A stretch of DNA of 47,991 nucleotides from Callorhinchus milii (taxonomy: Eukaryota), in the NCBI RefSeq assembly GCF_018977255.1, contig NW_024705401.1, forward strand, positions 1 to 47,991, read 5' to 3'. How positions within the stretch are numbered: the first letter of the stretch is position 1; every line of letters starts with the position of its first letter. Positions 12,160 to 24,320 of this stretch are shown here, in pieces. Below the pieces are notes generated by a model. That model had not been told where the DNA came from, did no database searches, and worked only from the letters and a program-made list of their open reading frames with translations. Position numbers and translations under genes: made by a program.

Positions 12160-12649
12160 CTAGAACACACAAAAACAGGGAGTTAGCTCACACCCATACA
12201 GCGAATGAATCATGCAGTCATGCAGAGATTTGTTTCAAATAATTTTGAGCTGGCCACATGTGGAGCACTGGGGACATTTCCTGCCTAGGCCCCTGGAGCC
12301 GAGAGGGGATACGCAGTGTTGGAGAAATGAGCTATGCAGACATGATCAGATAAACCAGGGCTTTCAATCTTGAAAGGGAAGGAAGAACAACATAGGAAGA
12401 GAAACGAGCAAGCCAAGAACTTGTGAATGAAAGTCTTCACTGCCACAGGCTGGATAATCTGGACAGTCCTACTTCTTTAATCTACCCACACCTCACTCCT
12501 CTATTTTCGCTCAAGACTCCATCCAATTCCCTCTATTCCACCATCAGCAGCATGCTGTCAGCACCCACACCCCTACACTCTGTTACTCTCTACGCCTCAT
12601 CTTCACATTACACCTGAAGACTTTCTTCTTCGACTATGCCTTTAAGTCT

Positions 12650-14811
12650 GGTACACCACCCACCTCCGCTCACTGAAAAGCCAGGTGCGGGCTGCTGAAC
12701 GCACCTGTGTCAAATCTGGCCTAACGGTCCACCGACAAATCTGGCTGGACCTCCTCAAAATTTACCGCTCCACTCTAGCCTCGGCCAAGTCGTCCTTCTA
12801 CTCCAGGATAATCCTGGAGGCGAAGAACAACCCCAGGCTACTGTTTTCCACCACATCCCGACTCCTCCGTCCCCCCCGCCACCCCGCGCAGGTCATCTCC
12901 TCCAACCTTCACTGCGAGGAGATGCTGGATTTCCTTGAATCCAAGATCAAGGGAATCCGCTCCGCGGTCACTTCCCCTCCAACTTCCACCCACCACCCAC
13001 CCCTTCCCTCCCACACTCCGACTCCTACCCATCCTCCCCTACACACCTTCGTACCCGTTTCCCCACCCTCTGTCACTGAACTCATCCTATCCCTAAAACC
13101 AACCACCTGCTCCCTTGACCCCATCCCCACTCCACTCCTTATCTCCCAGCTCCACTTTCTTGCCCCACATATCACTGACATCATCAACCTGTCCCTCTCC
13201 TCTGGCTCTGTCCCCATTCCATTAAAAACTGCCATCATCACGCCCACCCTGAAAAAACCCTCCCTTGATGCGTCGCAGCTATCAAGCTACCGGCCCATCT
13301 CCAACCTCCCCTTTCTCTCCAAGGTCTTGGAAAGAGTTGTCGCCTCCCAACTGCGCTCTTTCCTTTCCACCCATTCTCTTTTTGAACCCCTTCAGTCAGG
13401 TTTCCGTGCTGCCCATAGCACAGAAACTGCCCTGGTCAAGGTCACCAATGATATCCTGACCATCTGTGACCAGGGCTCCCTCTGTCTCCTCGTCCTCCTC
13501 GACCTATCGGCAGCATTCGATACGGTCGACCACGCTATCCTACTCCACCGCTTGTCCTCCCACCTCAACCTTCAAGGCACTGTCCTTGAATGGTTTAGGT
13601 CGTACCTTTCTCACCGTCTTCACTTTGTCTCAACGAATGGCTTCTCCTCCACCCCCCGTACTGTCTCATGTGGTGTCCCTCAGGGCTCTGTCCTCGGTCC
13701 CCTCCTCTTCACCCTCTATATGCTCCCCCTTGGTGACATCATCCGCAGACATGGAGTTAACTTCCACATGTATGCGGATGACACCCAACTCTACCTTTCC
13801 TCCTCTACTCTCAACTCCACGACCACCGATGTCCTGACAGCTGCCTGTCCGACATCGAGTCCTGGACGAGAGACAACTTTCTTCAGCTCAACGTGCGAAA
13901 AACCGAGGCCCTCCTGATTGGCTCACGTCAGCGCCTCCGCACCTCAGGCGCTGACACCATCAGCATCCAAGGCTGCACTCTCCACCTCTCAAAGCCAGTC
14001 AGGAACCTCGGCGTTTTGTTCGACCCTGAGCTGTCCTTTCTCCCTCACATCCGCACCACAACTGGCACCGCCTTCCATCACCTCCGGAACATCGCCAGAC
14101 TACGGCATTACCTCACCCCTCACGCTGCTGAAACCCTGGTCCACGCCTTTGTCACCTCAAGGCTGGACTATGGGAACTCTCTCCTCGCCGGCCTTCCCGC
14201 CACCTCCCTCCACAAGCTGCAGGTCATTCAGAACTCTGCAGCTCGTGTACTGTCCCGCACCAGGCTTCGGGACCACATCACTCCCACCCTCGCTCGCCTC
14301 CACTGGCTCCCCATCCCCCAGAGGATTGATTTCAAGATCCTCATCCTCACCTACAAGGCCATTCACGGCCTTGCTCCCTCCTACCTCTCCAACCTACAAT
14401 CCCCCTACCTACCTGCCCGTACCCTCCGTTCCTCTGGCTCTGGTCTGCTCCACGTCCCCCGCCCCAACCGCCCTACCATCGGTGGTCGGGCCTTCAGCCT
14501 CTCAGCCCCAGGCTCTGGAACTCCATCCCCCAGTGCCTTCGCCTTGCTTCCTCCCTTTCCTCCTTCAAGGCCGGTCTCAAAACCTTTCTCTTTGACCGTG
14601 CCTTCAGCTCCCCTCTCGACTCTCTTCCCCCTCCTCGCTCCCTCCCTTCCCTCACCCTGACCATTTCCCCCCTCCTCGCTCCCTCCCTTCCCTCCCCTCA
14701 CCCTGACCATTTCCCCCCTGCTCGGGTCATGACCCAACTGTGCAGCGCCTTGGGACGTCCTCCTGACGTGAAAGGCGCTTTATAAATGGAATCTTGTTGT
14801 TGTTGTTGTTG
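12650..14811 (+). mobile_element. Young 5'-truncated L2 LINE (RT domain), antisense in the last ASH1L intron
   Basis: ORFs 12685-13917 and 13893-14660 give L2 ORF2 ([43 protein letters not shown] at 13771-13782, SRLDYGNSLL), split by a frameshift near 13850. (TTG)n tail; TAAGTCT repeats at 12643-12649 and 14812-14818. Confidence 0.95.
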
Positions 14812-14950
14812 TAAGTCTTCAACCCTCTCTCAGTGAGGCTCAGTGTCAGACTACATCAATGATCAGTGATCCAAGAGATGACTCCACATAAAAGGAAGCT
14901 ACATAAACACTTTGACTATGCAGCGAATGAAAGTTCAAACTGAGCCTTAC

Positions 14951-15204
14951 CATTCTTCCCCGGGATCTTGGCCAGCAGACTGAGCAGGATCTTGTTGAGG
15001 TTGTCTCTCTGTGCTCGCTGCTTGTCCTCTGAGCTGAGGTTCCCCTTTGGGCCGGTCTCCTTCTGCTGCTCCTCCAGATGAGGCATCTCAGTGGCCGGCT
15101 GCTCCTGGGCACTCGACATGTCCTCGATGATGGGTGGTGGCAGCTCCTCCTCTGGGGCCACCTCTTTACAGTGTAGTTTGGGGCGTTCCGTCTTCCATGA
15201 TGAC
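14951..15204 (-). CDS. ASH1L: ASH1L penultimate coding exon
   Basis: SSWKTERPKLHCKEVAPEEELPPPIIEDMSSAQEQ...QRDNLNKILLSLLAKIPGKN; 254 nt, phase 2-1, cAG/GTAAGG. Confidence 0.94.
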
Positions 15205-15853
15205 CTGACATTTCCCACAAAATATATGAAACAACAGTAAAATGGAGAAAGCTGAACACTTGGACACCTATCTATACCTAGGTTCTGGCTCAATACAACA
15301 GGGTTACAGCCAAAGGCCGCTGGAAGGAGTGAGTGAAATGCTTTATGTCCTGCGTAGCTGTAAGTGATGTGCCCCATTGCTGTGATTACTGGCCTTTGGT
15401 AGTGAAAGCACACCTAGTGAGCTGTCTGGTACAAACGTCAACCTATTGACTGTCACATCTTTTACCAGTATTGAGTCTGACTCACAGAGCACGAGGTGGG
15501 AGGAAAGCACATGCAGCAAACAGACACATGTGTGTCAACCCCAACCCCCAACCAGAACCAAAGCAAATAGTGGCAATAGTAGGAGAACTTGGTAGGGGGC
15601 CTGTTCCAGGAATCAGCATTCAGCCTCACAAAGAGTTTCCAATGATTGACTGTTCAGTTACTTTAATCAGCACTAACTATTTTGCACTTATAATAATATC
15701 TGTATTTGATACACCAACTATCACACCAAAAAGAACTCCACGGGGAATAGCAGTCAGTTGGGATGATTGGCTTTTGCAGACAAACACAGTCAGTGTTTCC
15801 CCATAGCAACATCTCACAAACAACCATGAAGCGAATTACCAATTTATCCAGAC

Positions 15854-15952
15854 CAGGCTGCTCCAACCTTTTGGCTGCTGAGGGTCAGATGTCCTATTTG
15901 AGAAATCTCTCAAGAGAGTCACATAAGCAATATTTTGCGTTTCCCTCCAGAA
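15854..15952 (+). mobile_element. hAT-like DNA transposon end fragment (second copy)
   Basis: Similar to 7334-7432 (ccaaccttttggctgctgagggtcagatgtc...cataagcaatattttg...ctccagaa). Confidence 0.5.
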
Positions 15953-15954
15953 AC

Positions 15955-17590
15955 ATAACAAGAATTTGCATTTATACAGCGCCCTTCGTGCAGGGGTAGT
16001 GTCCCAGAGTGCTTGACACTGGTGGAGTCTGACTTTGAGCCAGGGGACAGGAAGGGGATCGGTAACCCATAAGCATAATCAAAAGAGGAAGGACCTTAAG
16101 TTGTATTTGAAGGTGAGGAGGGAGAGGCAAGGTACAGGGATTGAGTTCCAGCGTTTCGTATGTAGTGGCTGAAAGCACAGCCCCCGATGGTGGAGTGGAG
16201 GGCATTAGGGACAAACAGGAGACAGGAGGCAGCGAGTGGTGGAGTGGGGGTGTAAGCAAATTGGATAGGTTTAGAAATACGAGGGAATGAAGTTATTTGA
16301 AAATGAGTGAGAGGATCCTGAAATCAGTTCAGTAATCGATTTCAATCGAGCCATGTCAGCCTAGCAAGGACTGGTGTGATGGGGGCACGAAGTTTCATGT
16401 GGGTGGCGGAGTTCTGAATTAATGAATTTTGTGTTTGGTGGAGCTGGGGAGTCCAGCGAGAAGGGCATTAGAATAGCCAGCGAGGAAGTGATGAAAGTCT
16501 GGATGAGGGTTTTGGCTGCTGTGGATGGAGGCGGACAATGTAACATAGGTAGTCCTGATCAGGAAACTCATGTGGGGTAGAAAAGGAAAGCTATCTAGTT
16601 ACACCTGGTTCAGACAGTCTGAGGAAGAGCCCCGGGAGGTTGAGGTGTTCAGTCCCACAGGAGAAAAGATGTTGATGGGAGCCAAAGACTATGGCTTCTG
16701 TCTTGCCGACATTCAGCTGCAGGAAATTTACTGTCATCCAGGTCCTGATGTCTATCAGACAACTAGATTTGTGTGTCACCCACATAACTAGAAGTTTACC
16801 CCGTGTCTGCGGATAGAGATCGCCCAGAGAGAGCATATAGATAAGGAAAAGAAGAGGGATGAAGTGGAGGTCGAAGGAGAAACCATTTGCTGAGATGAAG
16901 TGGAAGCGGGTGGATAAGCAGGACTCGAACCAAACAAGTGCGGTCCCACTAAGGTGGATGAGGGAGGGAGGAGGGGCGGTAGAGGAGAATGCGTGATTAA
17001 CTGTATCAATTGCAGCAGAGAGACCTAGGAAGATGAGGAAGTAGAGGGAGCCCTGGTCACAGATAGAGAGGATATCGTTTGTGACTTTGACAAGCACTGT
17101 CTCTGTGCTGTGGGCAGGGCAAAAACCGGACTGCAGGGCTTCAAGGAGTGGAGGGAGAGGTGTGACCATAGTTGATTGGCAACCACGTGTTCCAAAACTT
17201 CAGCAGGTTTGAGGTTGGTCTAAAGTTGTAAGGATCGAGGTTTTTTAAGGAGAGCTGATGACTGGTTTTAGGGGGAGTGGGACAGAGCCTGAGGAGAGAG
17301 ACTGGTTAACTGCATTAGCCAGCATGGGCAGAGGATGGGTAATTGATTGACCAAAAGCTGGGTGGGGAGGAGGTTGAGGCAGCAGATTGTGGGCTTCACT
17401 TTGGTGATGAAGGTAGAAAGGAGGCAGGAGAGATGGAGGCAAATGTGTGTAGGTATATGCTGTGATGAGGGGAGAAGGTGATGAAGAAGGCATGGGGTGA
17501 GGAGGAGGAGGCAGCCAGGTGGATGTTGTCGATCTTGGAGATAAAGAAGTCCAGAACCTCTTCATCTAGTTTTCCATGGTTCACTACCAG
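15955..17590 (-). mobile_element. Decayed L2 LINE
   Basis: [31 protein letters not shown]...NFLQLNVGKTEAIVFGS; 3' tail remnant near 15960. Confidence 0.85.
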
Positions 17591-18891
17591 GACAGATGAT
17601 CATATCTTCCCTCGCCCACCGCAGGGGAACCAAGAAGACACCGAGTGATGCGCTAATCAGTGTCCTCACAGAAAACTCCCTTTCCCTAGGGAGAAACTAC
17701 TCTACGCTTTTAATTCCCTCATCTCATCCTACTGCTGTGCCCTCCTGACTGAGCCATTCCCTTTGCTTAGACCCTCACCAACTTGCTTCATGCGCCCCGC
17801 CAGATTTGCCCATCATTGCCATTTGCCTCTGCTCTCTGAAGCTCTATTTCTGTAGTTCTCTAGACTCGGTCACTCTCTCTCTTCTTTCAACCCACATCAA
17901 CACCTAACTCTTTGACCACACTTTCGGTCATCTTTTCCCTTCCCCATTCCACACTCGGCTAAGCACCTGCCCCCAGCTCAGCTACCCAGTCAGCAGTGTC
18001 AAGCACTTTGAGATTTTTTTTGACATGAAAAAGGCGCTGTGTAAATGTTATGTTTTTGAGGGAAACACAAAAATATTACTTATGTGGCCTTCAGACATTT
18101 CTCAAATTGGGCATCCGGCCCTCAGCAGCCAAAACGTTGGGGCTTGACCCCACAACAATGTGACCCAGACCTAGTGTGCCATAAACTAAGCCAAGCTGAC
18201 AACTGGTATGGTAGCTCTATCTCCCACATGCTCATTGATGACATGACATTTTCTCAGCTTAAAGCTCAATTTAAATTCTGAATCAATAGCAATAAAATCA
18301 GATCAAAAAGATTCATTCAGTCAGTCACTCATTTAACTTGCTCGTAGCTTTACTCACATCTTTGTTAAGGCTGTTTGGTAGGTGGGAGTGCAGCAAAGTC
18401 TAAGATGAAGGGAAATAAAAGTCACCCGAGGTAGCAGTGGAAACGTTAGTGTTTCTGTCTGGATCAGCTGCTGGCAGAGGGCACAGCACTGCTCTACACC
18501 AGCGCCAGTGTGCCAAGGGGTGAGCGATGCATTCCAAACCAAGCTCGAGTGGGTGGCGGTCTGTACAGTCTGTACCTCCCTCCCCGAGTCAGCAGCACAC
18601 ATACCCACCTACAGTCGACAGCAGTGCTTTTCTGTGCCCAGTTCAATGAGAAATGTCAGTCCAGCACTGGGGCCAGGGTTCAATGCCTATCTACCTGTGT
18701 GCTTGGGGCTCCCCATCCCAGCAGAACAGTTTGATGTTGAGGCCCCCACCCACCCCTCTACCCTGCATTGTGCCGTGGCACGGTTTGGAGTGTGTGCGTC
18801 GCTCGCCCCCAGTACTCAGCTCTGCTCTCGAGGTAGGAATGTGACCTGTGCAATCAGATTCCCCCGATCGAGTCCATTCCAAACAAAAGCA

Positions 18892-18901
18892 AGACAGACA
18901 C

Positions 18902-18975
<74 letters not shown>

Positions 18976-19203
18976 GGACGGACGGACGGACGGACGGACG
19001 GACGGACAGACGGACAGACGGACAGACGGACAGAAAGAAAGAAAGAAAGAAAGAAAGAAGGAAAGAAGGAAGGAAGGAAGGAAGGAAGGAAGGAAGGAAG
19101 GAAGGAAGGAAGGAAGGAAGGAAGGAAGGAAGGAAGGAAGGAAGGAAGGAAGGAAGGAAGGAAGGAAGGAAGAAAGAAAGAAAGAAAGAAAAAAAGAAAG
19201 AAA
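18892..19203. repeat. Compound tetranucleotide microsatellite (CAGA)n(CGGA)n(GAAA)n(GGAA)n
   Basis: Directly visible. Confidence 0.97.
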
Positions 19204-19386
19204 ATGTAGCGCACAGGTACGACCACCTGGGAGGCATGCCAAGAGAACATGAAATCCCATCCTGGCATAGTGTGGGATTTAACCCTTTACATTAACTGCA
19301 CCTTGAGGCTTCTCTCCATGTTTGTGAGAATTGAAATCGAGCTGAACAAACTAAATCCTGAGGGGTTAAAGCAGTGAGGAGTTGGC

Positions 19387-19710
19387 AATAATAATAATAA
19401 TAATCCTTGCATTTGATATAGCGCTTTTCACGTCGAGAGGACGTCCCAAAGTGCTTCACAGAACACACTGTAAAGTGAATTGACTGTATATTTGTGGGCG
19501 AATGCGGCAGCCAATTGCGCACAGCAATGTCCCACAAACAGTCGTAGATTGAAAATGACCAATTTATTATTGTTTTTGGTTTTGGAGGGAATATTATTAG
19601 GCTCTGTGTGGAGTAAGGAAACTTGCCCAAGGTTTCGCCCTATCTGGAATTGAACTCGGGTCTCTCGCTTGCAAAGCGAGTGCTCTAACCACTGAGCTAC
19701 AGGACTCCAC
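19387..19710 (-). mobile_element. tRNA-derived SINE, apparently full length
   Basis: Minus strand starts GTGGAGTCCTGTAGCTCAGTGGTTAGAGCACTCGCTTTGCAAGCGAGAGACCCGAGTTCAATTCC: A box, anticodon arm with TGC (Ala-like), B box. Then a body, an L2-like 3' stem-loop and a (TTA)n tail. Confidence 0.9.
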
Positions 19711-20043
19711 GAAGATGTAAGCCAAGCACAGTGAACACAGTGCCTACACCAAACCTACAGGACCCATTCTCCTGAACCGCTTGTTACAATTGTGAGGTGA
19801 AACGGTTAAGGCTTGCTGGTGAAACGGGATGAAACTCCACTCATTAACCATCATCAGCATTAGCCCAGGAGATCAGAGGGTGTTAGAGGAGCAATGCTAC
19901 CCCTGAAGTACTGATCATCAGCTGTACATACAAACAGAGCCAACACCCAGAGCCACTCTGCTTTCTCTACCAGAGCTTTGCCGAGTGACATTCTGTACTT
20001 CGGTGTGGAATGACAGCCTCAGAGGGTTAATACCGCTGGACAC

Positions 20044-20045
<2 letters not shown>

Positions 20046-20083
<38 letters not shown>
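20046..20083. repeat. (GA)n microsatellite
   Basis: Directly visible. Confidence 0.95.
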
Positions 20084-20089
<6 letters not shown>

Positions 20090-20127
20090 TGCAGACACTC
20101 AAGCAACATATCCCAAAGGTGACTCAC

Positions 20128-20168
20128 CTTCCTCCATTCCTCTTGTAATTTTCGGGGACGTAGTGAGG
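20128..20168 (-). CDS. ASH1L: ASH1L 41-nt coding exon
   Basis: Read by hand: PHYVPENYKRNGG(R); cAG acceptor, GTGAGT donor; phase 0-2. Confidence 0.93.
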
Positions 20169-20632
20169 CTGGTCAACGGTGAGAGGAAAATAAAAACACA
20201 AAGCTATAGTGAAAGCTATGACATCACATCACACTCATTGCACACAGGCCCTCGTCTCAGGGGCTGGGCTGGGAACCAGACACCGCTCACTGTGACAGTC
20301 CCAGGATTTTCCATCAATTTTCAGGGAAACATATCCTGCCTGCGGTGGCATAAACCCATACAGACAGTACAGTGGCGGGTAGGGAAAGAGAGCTCAGAGG
20401 ATCCAATCTGTACAAGGTAACTTCCTATCTACACACATGGAGCTCAGCAACCAGGTAAACCAAACAAATCCACCCCCAAAACAGCATAAACACGCCTGGT
20501 ATCAGCACTGCAGATCCACACAACTCCAGATGTTTCTCATGTCAAAAGCCACAAATCTTTCCCTTCTACTCCCTCCCTCCCCCTTGCTCCCCTCTCTGTC
20601 CCCATCTCCGCCTCCCCTCCTCTCGCACTCAC

Positions 20633-20799
20633 AGAGAAGTCTCTCTTGGGCGTTAGCTTCTTAGGGAAGTGATCGAACGCGTAGGACTTCGTGCAGACAG
20701 GGTAGCGGTTCCGGTGGATCTTGTAGAACAGGTGTGCTGACTTGTCCAGGCGGTAATCACAGATGGAAACGTCTTGGTCTTTCACACCCTTCGGCCTCC
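20633..20799 (-). CDS. ASH1L: ASH1L coding exon (end of BAH domain)
   Basis: (G)[55 protein letters not shown]; 167 nt, phase 1-0. Confidence 0.96.
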
Positions 20800-20887
20800 C
20801 TGCAGGGTTGATGAGGGGAGAACGGGAAGAGATGTGGTTACAGACTGGTAGGGCTGACTGCTGTGCCAACACACCCTTAGCCTAATT

Positions 20888-21212
20888 AATAATAATAATA
20901 ATCCTTGCATTTGATATAGCGCTATTCACGTCGGGAGGACGTCCCAAAGCGTTTCACAGAACACACTGTAAAGTGAATTAACTGTATATTTGTGGGCGAA
21001 CGCGGCAGCCAATTGCGCACAGCAATGTCCCACAAACAGTCGTAGATTGAAAATGACCAATTTATTATTGTTTTTGGTTTTGGAGGATTATTATTAGGCT
21101 CTGTGTGGAGTAAGGAAACTCGCCCGAGGTTTGGCCCTGACCCCCCGGGGATTGAACTCAGGTCTCTCACTTGCAAAGCGAGTGCTCTAACCACTGAGCT
21201 ACAGGACTCCAC
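20888..21212 (-). mobile_element. tRNA-derived SINE, second full-length copy
   Basis: Nearly identical to 19387-19710. More degenerate relatives at ~21440-21600 (+), ~23150-23710 (-) and ~25890-25975 (-). Confidence 0.9.
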
Positions 21213-21777
21213 AAATTGTAGAACAGATGCCTGGACGAGCGATCCCCTCATGATCTGTTATAAACAACATGCTCAAGTCCATTCAATTATACCTCATGTA
21301 ATAACAGTGCCCCAAATAAAAACACACACTGCTTGTTAGGCCCTCACTCTGCTCACCACCACAGACTTGTTGAGCATTGCATACCATTCTAAGGGTCTAC
21401 ATCTTTAGTTATTAATTGCCAATATAATAATAAAAAAGAATTTGGTCGCTCAATCCACGATTCTTTGTGTGATGCTGTTTTGCGTAATTGCTGCCGTGTT
21501 TCACCTTCACAATATACTGTTAATTCACTTTACAGTGTATTCTTTGAGATGTCGAGAAGATGTAAAATGCGCTATATCAAATGCAAGTATTATTATAATA
21601 TCTGGTATTCGACTACTCTATCCATATGCCTTGCTCCCTATCCATAGAAGGGCACCAGTTTGGAGTTACAGGAGGGAATTTGAATGGGTGAAGCGGTGTG
21701 TGGGATAGGAGGAAAAGACAGGAGGCAGGTGCTGGACAGAGCGAATGGAGAGGGAGCTGGAGGCTGCTGTAGCTCAC

Positions 21778-21950
21778 CTTTGCAGTAAGTGTAGAGATCG
21801 AGCACACAGCACGTCCCCACCACGGCCTCCAGAGGGATGATCTCGTACAGCGGCACCCGGAACAGCTCGTTGTGGTAGAAGCGTCTCGATGGTGAGTGAT
21901 GCGTCTCATGTGGCCGGAAGTAATGGTGACCAAAGGCAAAGCGCTCTCCT
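21778..21950 (-). CDS. ASH1L: ASH1L coding exon (BAH domain)
   Basis: [57 protein letters not shown]; 173 nt, phase 2-1. Confidence 0.96.
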
Positions 21951-22269
21951 CTGTCACAACACAAAGCCAGAGCAGTGACAACCCCATCATACCACGTAGG
22001 TACACTCGGCTCCGCATACAAGCCATTCACACGCATGTGCATATCCTGTTTGCAATGCACCACTAGGAAGATTTGTATACAACAAAGTTATTTGCACAGC
22101 ACCTTTCATATACTGTCCACAACCAAGAGAGAGAAAAACAGTGTGCAAAGCCAGACTCTGGCACCAACTGCTCAGATAGTTCCTCAAAGTTGGTGCCATT
22201 AGTTGGGTTGGGGGGATGGGTGGGGGGACAGCTTGTGAATTGGTGTAACCTGTCACTGTAACCACTTAC

Positions 22270-22408
22270 TTTTCATTCTTCCAGAGCTTCTCGATGCGGA
22301 AGATGTCTAGTTTGTCGCGGTTGATGTGGGACAGTAGTCTGTAGGACTGTCGGACGGGTTGGCCTTCAGGCCCTCTCCTGTTGTCCCTCATCAGATACAC
22401 ACAATCAC
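22270..22408 (-). CDS. ASH1L: ASH1L coding exon (BAH domain)
   Basis: (G)[45 protein letters not shown](K); 139 nt, phase 1-2. The in-frame acceptor is the proximal of two duplicated AGs. Confidence 0.94.
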
Positions 22409-22667
22409 CTGCAACAAAGCACACAATCACCTGCAACAAAGCACACAGCGAGCCAGCCCCAGGCAGGACCGAGATAGAACAAGGCTGAGAGCAAGTGCTG
22501 CCAACCAAAAGGAGAGAAGGTAGGACCTGTAATTACAATGGAAATGCTGAAATCCCTATTCCAACCACTACCTCCCTCCCTCCACCACCGAACCCAACCT
22601 GATGTGGATGACAGAGCAGTGTTAGCTGTTTACAGGAACCTGGCAGTACAGAGGCCGGTTTACTCAC

Positions 22668-22758
22668 CATGCCGTAGCAGCAGATCATCCCGCAGCAGAC
22701 AGATGTAGTAAACACAGCCAGGCTGGGCGTAGTGAGGCTGTGGGATCATAGGAACCTC
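22668..22758 (-). CDS. ASH1L: ASH1L coding exon (PHD-BAH linker)
   Basis: [30 protein letters not shown](G); 91 nt, phase 0-1, cAG/GTGAGT. Confidence 0.95.
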
Positions 22759-23714
22759 CTGAGAGAGAAAGTGAGAGACAGAGAGAGACAGAGGGTTACA
22801 CAGTACACACAGCAAGTGCAGATTTCTGAATACCCCAGTGACCAATATAATGCTACCTTCCTGTCAGGCTGGTGAGGAAGGGTGGTCATTACAAAGGGAG
22901 TGGTAATCCCATCTCTGATGTTTTGAATAGTTTTTCCGTTTAATGTGGGATGGTTCCAGTCACTCTCCGTTCATATATGAGCACATTGCAGCTCGACCCT
23001 ATCCTCACCCACTCACATCAAACCCCAGGTTGAAGAGGGTGATCAGTCAGGTATCTGACACATGTGGAAACCAATCACTGTGCTTAAGAGTCTTCAAGCC
23101 AAACTTTGAATTCCGTGCATCCCACCTACACCACCACTAATATAGTGCCCTTAATAATAATAATTCTTTCATTTAATATTGTGCTTTGTCAATGAAACAT
23201 GATAAGGCACTATATCAAATGCAAGGATTAATATTGCACACACATTAAACTCTGTATCCCCATCACACCGGTCCTTGCCAGGCTCCACTGGCTCCCTATC
23301 ACACACACTATTAAGAGTTTGGTGTCAATTGGGAGCCAGCGGAGCCTGGCAAGGACCAGTGTGAGATGGGGATATGGAGTTTAGTGTGTGTGATAGGGAG
23401 TCAGTGAAGCTCCAAGATAATGTGTAGTGACTGCATGTTTTGTGAGCGAAATGCAGCAGCCTAGCAGTGTCCCACAAACAGTCATGGATTGAGCAATCAA
23501 TCTGTTTTAATTTGTTTGAAGGAATTAATACATCCAGAAAAGTGATCCGCCAATCAAATAACAACCGGGTTCCTATTTACTGCTAGGTAAACAGAGGCTT
23601 ATGTGTGGAGTAAAGAAAATTGTCTAAGATTTCACCTTGCCTGGGAATCAAAGCCAGATCTTCTTGCTTGTGAGGCAAATGCTCTAACCACTAAGTTACA
23701 GGACTGCACATCAT

Positions 23715-24320
23715 ATGAGATAGCGTCTCAGAGCGCTTGACAGTGGCGGATTCTGACAATGTGCTAGGGGGAGAAAGAGGTGATTGCAAGCATGATCAAA
23801 AAGGAAGATCTTTAGATGGGATTTAAACGTGGGGAAGGAGGGGGAAAGGCAGAGGGATTGAAGGAGAGAGTTCCATAGTTTAGAGATGCAGTGGCTGAAG
23901 GTAAGTTTACCAATGGTGGAGTTTGACGAGGGACAAACAGGAGGCCGGAACCAGATGAGTAGAGGTAGGGGAGTGGGGGCGCAGTTGAGCGGTAATCAAA
24001 TTGGCTAGATAGGGAGGTGCAACGGAATGAAGGGATTTGAAAACGAGCGAGAAGGTCTTGAAATCAGTGTGTTTGGTAATTGGGAGTCAGTGGAGTCTGG
24101 CAAGGACTGGTGTGATGGGGGTACAGAGTTTAGTGTGTGTGACAGGGAGTCAGGGGAACCTGGAGGACTGGCAAGTTAGGGATACAGAGTTTTGTGCAGG
24201 TGAGTATCCAGTCAGCAGAGTTTTGAGTGAAATAGATTTTGTGTATGGTGGAGCTGGGGAGATCAGCAAGGAGGGCATTAGAACAGTCCAGTCAGGAAAT
24301 GATGTGAACGCGGGTTTCAC
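23715..24320 (-). mobile_element. Decayed L2 3' region
   Basis: Similar to 15990-16510, including the HITPVLARLHWLP-type segment. Confidence 0.6.

Noticed and set aside
12685..14660. Functional or domesticated reverse transcriptase gene
   Set aside because: 5'-truncated with no endonuclease, frameshifted near 13850 and 14510, with an ordinary L2 tail and TSD.
18508..19268. ORFs with QTDR/EGRK or SFLP repeats
   Set aside because: Translations of a tetranucleotide microsatellite.
19630..19710. tRNA-Ala(TGC) gene (also 21140-21212)
   Set aside because: No proper acceptor stem or terminator. The sequence runs directly into a repeated SINE body and tail.
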